Assembly (NCBI GenBank): GCA_040005235.1
Contig: JBDTZG010000003.1
Location: 168,093 to 232,092, forward strand
Source of the DNA: Acidobacteriota bacterium
GTDB taxonomy: Bacteria > Acidobacteriota > Thermoanaerobaculia > Multivoradales > UBA5704
Direction: 5' to 3'
Length of the DNA: 64,000 nucleotides
The translations under genes were made by a program, and so were the position numbers. Below the pieces are notes generated by a model. The model had not been told where the DNA came from. It saw only the letters and a list, made by a program, of their open reading frames with translations, and ran no database searches. Shown here one piece after another: positions 59,495 to 64,000 of the stretch; positions within the stretch are counted from its first letter, which is position 1; each line of letters opens with the position of its first letter.

Positions 59495-59881
59495 CTCTTC
59501 TACGACGCTATGGGTCGAAAGACTTTCGCCACGGAAAGAGGAAGCTCGAACGGTACAACCTACGGGAGCTACGATCCCTTCGGGCGCCCAACGAGCATCC
59601 AGACGGCCGACGGCAAGACGACGACCCTGGAATACCAAGGCGTGAGGATCGTCAATCGGACACCGAAGGTGTGGAACGGCATCGGGGAAGTCAGGGCCAC
59701 CACTCGAGAGGATTACGACGGTCTCGGCCGGTTGCGGAGCGTTCGCGACCCCCAAAAGACGCTCACGCGCTATGTCTACGACGCAGGCGCGCGGCTCAAG
59801 AAGGTCACCACCAGCCCCCCGTCCGGCCCGCCTCAAGTTCGGTCGTTCAACTACGACGGCCGTGGTCGCATGACACATCTC
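59495..59881 (+). pseudogene. RHS/YD-repeat gene fragment
   Basis: YDAMGR, YDPFGR, YDGLGRL, YDAGARL and YDGRGR repeats, with no proper start or RHS core end. Confidence 0.75.
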
Positions 59882-60166
59882 GCAGAGCAATACATACGGG
59901 TCCGATTCCGTTACCCAGCAAAGGGTCATCGGTGCAATGCGACTGCCGCAACTAGAGCAGTGCTCGTGATCCCAGGCCCCCTTCTCGATCGCCAGGTGAT
60001 TGGAGTCGAACGATCTTCCTTCGTGAGGAATGACGACTCGATGGCCGCCCTCGATCGGGAACCACCTGCTCTGGCCGGTCGTCGCTTCCAACAGCCACGG
60101 TTCTCGCTCACCTCCCGCCGGCACAAACGTAACCAATCCGTCGAGTACCGGGATACGGCTCGGCAT
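59866..60166 (-). pseudogene. Cys/His-rich small protein fragment without its own stop
   Basis: WDHEHCSSC...LLCEMC, then runs into the antisense strand of the RHS fragment. Confidence 0.45.
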
Positions 60167-60211
60167 AAATCGGAGTGACACCAATCCGATAGGTCCATGC
60201 GCTCCGCCTAT

Positions 60212-60400
60212 TTACCTATTTGTGACCGACATCGCCCGCCGGTCGACCGGCTGCTTTGGCCTGTCCGTGTTGCTGCCTTGCGTGAGGTGCCCTAGGTACT
60301 TGCCGCGTACGCCGGCACCGAGTTGCTCGCGCCTCAGTTCCGGAATGTTCTGATCATCCTTGCTCATAGATGCTTTCTTCATATCATGCGGCTCGAAGAC
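60212..60400 (-). pseudogene. BrnT/BrnA-like toxin-antitoxin remnant
   Basis: ...YEESIYEQG* overlapping MSKDDQNIPELRREQLGAGVRGKY...GSN, then truncation. Confidence 0.45.
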
Positions 60401-60420
60401 CTCCCGAAAATCCAACGACG

Positions 60421-61164
60421 CTACCGCGCCATCCCCATCGCCCCTAACATCTCCGCCACCGCCGCCGTCATCCCGATCAGCACCGCGCGCGAGACCAGGG
60501 CGTGGCCGATGTTCAGCTCTTCCATTCCTTCGATTCCCGCGATTGGGCCGACGTTCTGGACGGTGAGGCCGTGGCCGGCGTAGAGGTGGAGGCCGGCGGC
60601 GCGGCCTAGGGCTCCGGCGTGGGCGACTCGGGCAAGCTCCTCGTCGCGGGCGGGGCCGGGGGCGGCTTTCGTGTAGGCGTCGGTGTTGATTTCGAAGCCG
60701 GAGACTCCGACTTCTTTTAACTGTGCGAGCGGCTCGATTTGGCCCGGATCGGGATCGACGAAGATCGAGACGGCGATGCCGGCCGCTGCGAGGCGCTCGG
60801 TCGCCGCTCGGACCCGGTCGCCGTGGAGGCGGAGGTCGAGACCTCCTTCGGTCGTCACTTCTTCGGGGCGTTCAGCGACTAGGGTGACTTGATGCGGCCG
60901 TACGCGAAGTGCCACATCGAGCATCTCGGCCTCCGCGGCCATTTCGAGGTTCAGCTTGCCGCGTACTTGGCGGCGCAGGCGCTCGACGTCGTGATCCTGG
61001 ATGTGGCGGCGATCGGCGCGGAGATGAACGGTGATCCCGGCCGCCCCCGCCGCTTCGGCGAGCAGCGCGGCTTCGACCGGGTCGGGATAGGGGGCCATCC
61101 TGGCTTGGCGCACGGTCGCGACATGATCGACGTTGACGGACAGGCGCACGGACTCCGCGCCCAT
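60421..61164 (-). CDS. pdxJ: Pyridoxine 5'-phosphate synthase
   Basis: LSVNVDHVATVRQAR, ITVHLRADRRHI, TTEGGL, AGHGL, ELNIGH. Confidence 0.96.
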   Translation of the reverse strand: MGAESVRLSVNVDHVATVRQARMAPYPDPVEAALLAEAAGAAGITVHLRADRRHIQDHDVERLRRQVRGKLNLEMAAEAEMLDVALRVRPHQVTLVAERPEEVTTEGGLDLRLHGDRVRAATERLAAAGIAVSIFVDPDPGQIEPLAQLKEVGVSGFEINTDAYTKAAPGPARDEELARVAHAGALGRAAGLHLYAGHGLTVQNVGPIAGIEGMEELNIGHALVSRAVLIGMTAAVAEMLGAMGMAR

Positions 61165-61380
61165 CTAGCGTTCGACCTCCGGCTCCAGACCGGTCGTCTC
61201 TTCCGGCGCGCGGGCGATCAGCACCGTCTGCTCGATCGGCAGCATCGTGCGATGCAGCTTCTCGCCGAAGGTGCAGTTGACCTCGTAATAGCCGCCGTCC
61301 GAGATGCGAACCAGCGTCCCCAGGTGACCTTTCAGGCCCAACAGCTCGTTGTGGATGAATACTTCGGCCGGCAGATCCAT
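61165..61380 (-). CDS. Conserved-looking small hypothetical protein
   Basis: 71 aa beta-rich ORF tightly packed between the regulator and pdxJ. Confidence 0.7.
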   Translation of the reverse strand: MDLPAEVFIHNELLGLKGHLGTLVRISDGGYYEVNCTFGEKLHRTMLPIEQTVLIARAPEETTGLEPEVER

Positions 61381-61403
61381 CGCTTAGTTTTTCAACCTCC
61401 GCC

Positions 61404-62936
61404 TTAGTCGTCGTGAAAGAAGCCTTCGTCCTTGTATTCCTTAAGTTTCCTTTGCAGCGTCCGCAGGCCGATGCCGAGCAGGTCGGCCGCGCGCGCCCGG
61501 TGGCCACCGGTCTTTTCCAAGGTTTCGAGGATCGCCTGGCGCTCGATGTCGGCCATCGTCTTCGGCCCTCCTGGGACCCCCGACCCTCCCAACGCCACCA
61601 TCGCGGGCGTGCCCGCGGCGCCACCGGAGCCCCCGGCGTACACCGGCTCGTAGGAGACTTCCGGACCGGGACTCGAAGTGGCCGGGCTGATCGAGGCTGA
61701 TCCTCCCGTTCCGGGACCATAGGACATCGGCAGCGCCACTCCGGAAGAGTCGCGCACCTCGGGCGGCAGGTCGCGCAGGCCGATCGTGCCGGAAGCCGCG
61801 AAGATGACCATCGATTCGACCGCGTTTTTGAGCTGCCGCACGTTGCCCGGCCAGGGGTAGCGGACCAGCAGCTCCAGCGCCTCGGGGGCAACTTTTTTCG
61901 GCTCCTTGCCGTGTTCTTGGCCGAACGCCTTCAGGTAGTGCTCGAGCAGCAGCGGGATGTCGGTCGGCCGTTCGCGCAACGGCGGGATGCGCAACGTGAC
62001 GACCTTCAGCCGGTAGTAGAGATCCTCGCGGAAGCGCCCTTCGGCGATCTCCTTTTCCAGATCGCGGTTGGTCGCTGCGATCAGCCGGAAATCGACGTCG
62101 ATCAGGTCGCTGCCACCGACCCGCATGACCCGCCGTTCTTCGAGCACGCGCAGCAGCTTCACCTGCAGCTCCGGGTAGAGCTCGCTGATCTCGTCCAGGA
62201 ACAGCGTGCCGCGGTGGGCCAGCTCGAACTTGCCGATCTTCCGCGCCACGGCGCCGGTGAACGAACCGCGCTCGTGGCCGAACAGCTCGCTCTCCAGGAT
62301 GTCGCTCGGGATCGCGCCGCAGTTGATCGCCAGGAACCGCTCGTTGCGCCGCGGGCTCACCCGGTGGAGGGCATTGGCGACCAGCTCCTTGCCGGTGCCG
62401 CTTTCGCCCTGGATCAACACGGTCGAACGGGTGGGGGCGACCAGCTTCATCTGCTCGAACAGCCGCTCCATCGCCTCGGATCGGCCGATGATGCTCTCGA
62501 AGCCGTAACGCTTGTCGAGCTGCTCGCGCAGGACCGTGACCTCCTGGCGGAGCTGGTCCTTCTCGATCAGGTTCATCGCCCGCTTGCGCAGCTCGTAGAG
62601 GTCGACCGGCTTGGTCAGATAGTCGTCGGCGCCCACCCGCATCGCCTCGACCGCCGACTCGATCGAGCCATAGCCGGTAACCAAGAGGACCGCCAGCTCG
62701 TAGCCCCGCTCGCGCACCTGGTTTAAAAACGCGAGGCCGTCGACGTGGGGCATGCGCAGGTCGCAGATCGCAAGCCTCGCGCCGTCGTTTTCTTCCAGGA
62801 ATTCGAGCGCTTTGCGCGCATCGTCGAAGGTGCGGACGGCCAAGCCCGCCTTTTCCAAGGCGATCGCCATCGATTCGCGGGAGCCGGTTTCATCGTCGAT
62901 GACGAGAACGAGAGGACGGTCGGGAGCTGAGGCCAT
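61404..62936 (-). CDS. Sigma-54-dependent response regulator (NtrC/AtoC family)
   Basis: REC domain (VIDDE, DLRMP, KP), GESGTGKE, GSFTGA, WPGNVR, Fis-type HTH. Confidence 0.95.
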   Translation of the reverse strand: MASAPDRPLVLVIDDETGSRESMAIALEKAGLAVRTFDDARKALEFLEENDGARLAICDLRMPHVDGLAFLNQVRERGYELAVLLVTGYGSIESAVEAMRVGADDYLTKPVDLYELRKRAMNLIEKDQLRQEVTVLREQLDKRYGFESIIGRSEAMERLFEQMKLVAPTRSTVLIQGESGTGKELVANALHRVSPRRNERFLAINCGAIPSDILESELFGHERGSFTGAVARKIGKFELAHRGTLFLDEISELYPELQVKLLRVLEERRVMRVGGSDLIDVDFRLIAATNRDLEKEIAEGRFREDLYYRLKVVTLRIPPLRERPTDIPLLLEHYLKAFGQEHGKEPKKVAPEALELLVRYPWPGNVRQLKNAVESMVIFAASGTIGLRDLPPEVRDSSGVALPMSYGPGTGGSASISPATSSPGPEVSYEPVYAGGSGGAAGTPAMVALGGSGVPGGPKTMADIERQAILETLEKTGGHRARAADLLGIGLRTLQRKLKEYKDEGFFHDD

Positions 62937-62980
62937 AAAGGTCATTTTGGCACGTTCCGGCGATCCGCGCGCGCCCACGG

Positions 62981-63060
62981 GTCGTATTTCAGTTCGCCTC
63001 CTCGCTCCTTCGGGCGCCTTCGGCAGCAGCCAGTCGCTGCGGACCAAACTGAAACACGAC
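62981..63060. repeat. 80-bp palindromic element, copy B (intergenic)
   Basis: GTCGTATTTCAGTTCG...CAAACTGAAACACGAC with core GCCTCCTCGCTCCTTCGGGCGCCTTCGGCAGC shared with copy A. Confidence 0.9.
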
Positions 63061-63101
63061 CCCAGCCTCGGCCCCCCCGTATCGTAGACTCCCCCACCAC
63101 G

Positions 63102-64000
63102 ATGACCCTCCCCTTCGGCCCACCCCCCGGCGAGCACGTCGAGAGCTTGCAGGGCGCGATCGAGCGGATCGTCTTCCACAACCCCGAGAACGGCTGGACC
63201 GTCTTGCGCCTCTCGGTCTCGGGAGAGCGCGAGCCGACGACCGTGGTCGGCGCCCTCGCCGGGGTTCGCGCGGGCGAGACGCTGAGGCTGGAAGGCAAAT
63301 TTCTCAACGATCCGAAGTTCGGCCGCCAGTTCCGGGCGCACTCGTTCCAGACCGTCGCCCCCTCGACCCTGACAGGGATCGAGCGCTATCTCGCTTCCGG
63401 AATGATCCGCGGCGTCGGCGCCGAGATGGCGAAGCGGATCGTCGCGGTGTTCGGGCTTGAAACCCTCGACGTGATCGAGCGCAGCCCGGAACGCCTGACC
63501 GAAGTCTCCGGCATCGGCCGCAAGCGGAGCGCCGACATCCGCAAGGCGTGGGACGAGCAGCGGGGCATCCGCGAGCTGATGGTGTTTCTCCAGTCGCACG
63601 GCGTCCAGACCGGCCACGCGGTGAAGATCTACAAGCGCTACGGCTCGGACGCGCTCGCAGTGGTGCGGGAAGATCCGTTCCGCCTGGCGACGGACGTCTT
63701 CGGCATCGGCTTCAAGACCGCCGACCGAATCGCGTTCGCCCTCGGGCTGCCGGCCGACGCGCCGCGCCGATTGGAGGCCGGCCTGCTGCACGCGCTCGCC
63801 GAGGCGAGCGATCGGGGGCATCTGTATCTGCCGAGAGAACGGCTGTTCTTCGACGCGGCGACCCTGCTCGGCGGAGTGGATCCGGAGCTGCTCGCCCGCG
63901 CGCTCGGGGTGCTCGCGGCCGACGGCCGGGCGGCGGTCGAAGCGAATCGCGAAGCGGGACAAGGGGCCGAGACCGCGGTCTATCTCGCGGCGCTTCACGC
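63102..64000 (+). CDS. recD2: RecD2 (RecD-like) helicase, 3'-partial
   Basis: MTLPF...LQGAIERIVFHNPENGWTV, FGRQF, IERYLASGMIRGVG, DPFRLATDVFGIGFKTADRIA. Runs off the window, so it is absent from the ORF track. Confidence 0.93.
   Translation, partial: MTLPFGPPPGEHVESLQGAIERIVFHNPENGWTVLRLSVSGEREPTTVVGALAGVRAGETLRLEGKFLNDPKFGRQFRAHSFQTVAPSTLTGIERYLASGMIRGVGAEMAKRIVAVFGLETLDVIERSPERLTEVSGIGRKRSADIRKAWDEQRGIRELMVFLQSHGVQTGHAVKIYKRYGSDALAVVREDPFRLATDVFGIGFKTADRIAFALGLPADAPRRLEAGLLHALAEASDRGHLYLPRERLFFDAATLLGGVDPELLARALGVLAADGRAAVEANREAGQGAETAVYLAALH

Noticed and set aside
61404-63998. 864-aa extended response regulator
   Set aside because: The extension is the antisense of recD2 plus the palindromic element. 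The REC domain starts near 62936.

Overview
High-GC bacterial chromosomal window. The gene content (tandem VWA proteins, MoxR/Bat operon, cdaA-cdaR-glmM) is compatible with an Acidobacteriota/Thermoanaerobaculia-like genome, which is an inference. A housekeeping backbone (tsaE, nnr, thiD, lgt, ftsK, rsmA, moxR-bat, tRNAs, rpmG, sod, tilS-ftsH-folP-cdaA-cdaR-glmM, pdxJ, NtrC-type regulator, recD2) is interrupted by two accessory regions. (1) About 21.4-33.7 kb is a type III-B CRISPR-Cas locus: cas10/cmr2-cmr3-cmr1-cmr4-cmr5-cmr6, a 2TM-CARF effector, a Csx3/Crn3-like ring nuclease, two arrays with duplicated leaders, a higBA-like pair, and a cas6 coupled to rsmA. Between the arrays lie a 41-bp-period palindromic satellite and a deletion scar that fuses the start of a reverse transcriptase to the end of cas2. 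(2) About 53.3-60.4 kb, between glmM and pdxJ, holds a probable selenocysteine peroxiredoxin and a 21-bp tandem repeat split by a 4406-bp IS1-family cargo transposon (27-bp TIRs, 8-bp TSD) carrying two hicBA-like pairs, followed by RHS and toxin-antitoxin debris. An 80-bp palindromic element with covarying stems occurs twice, once in frame inside rsmA. All calls come from reading motifs by eye; no database searches were run.
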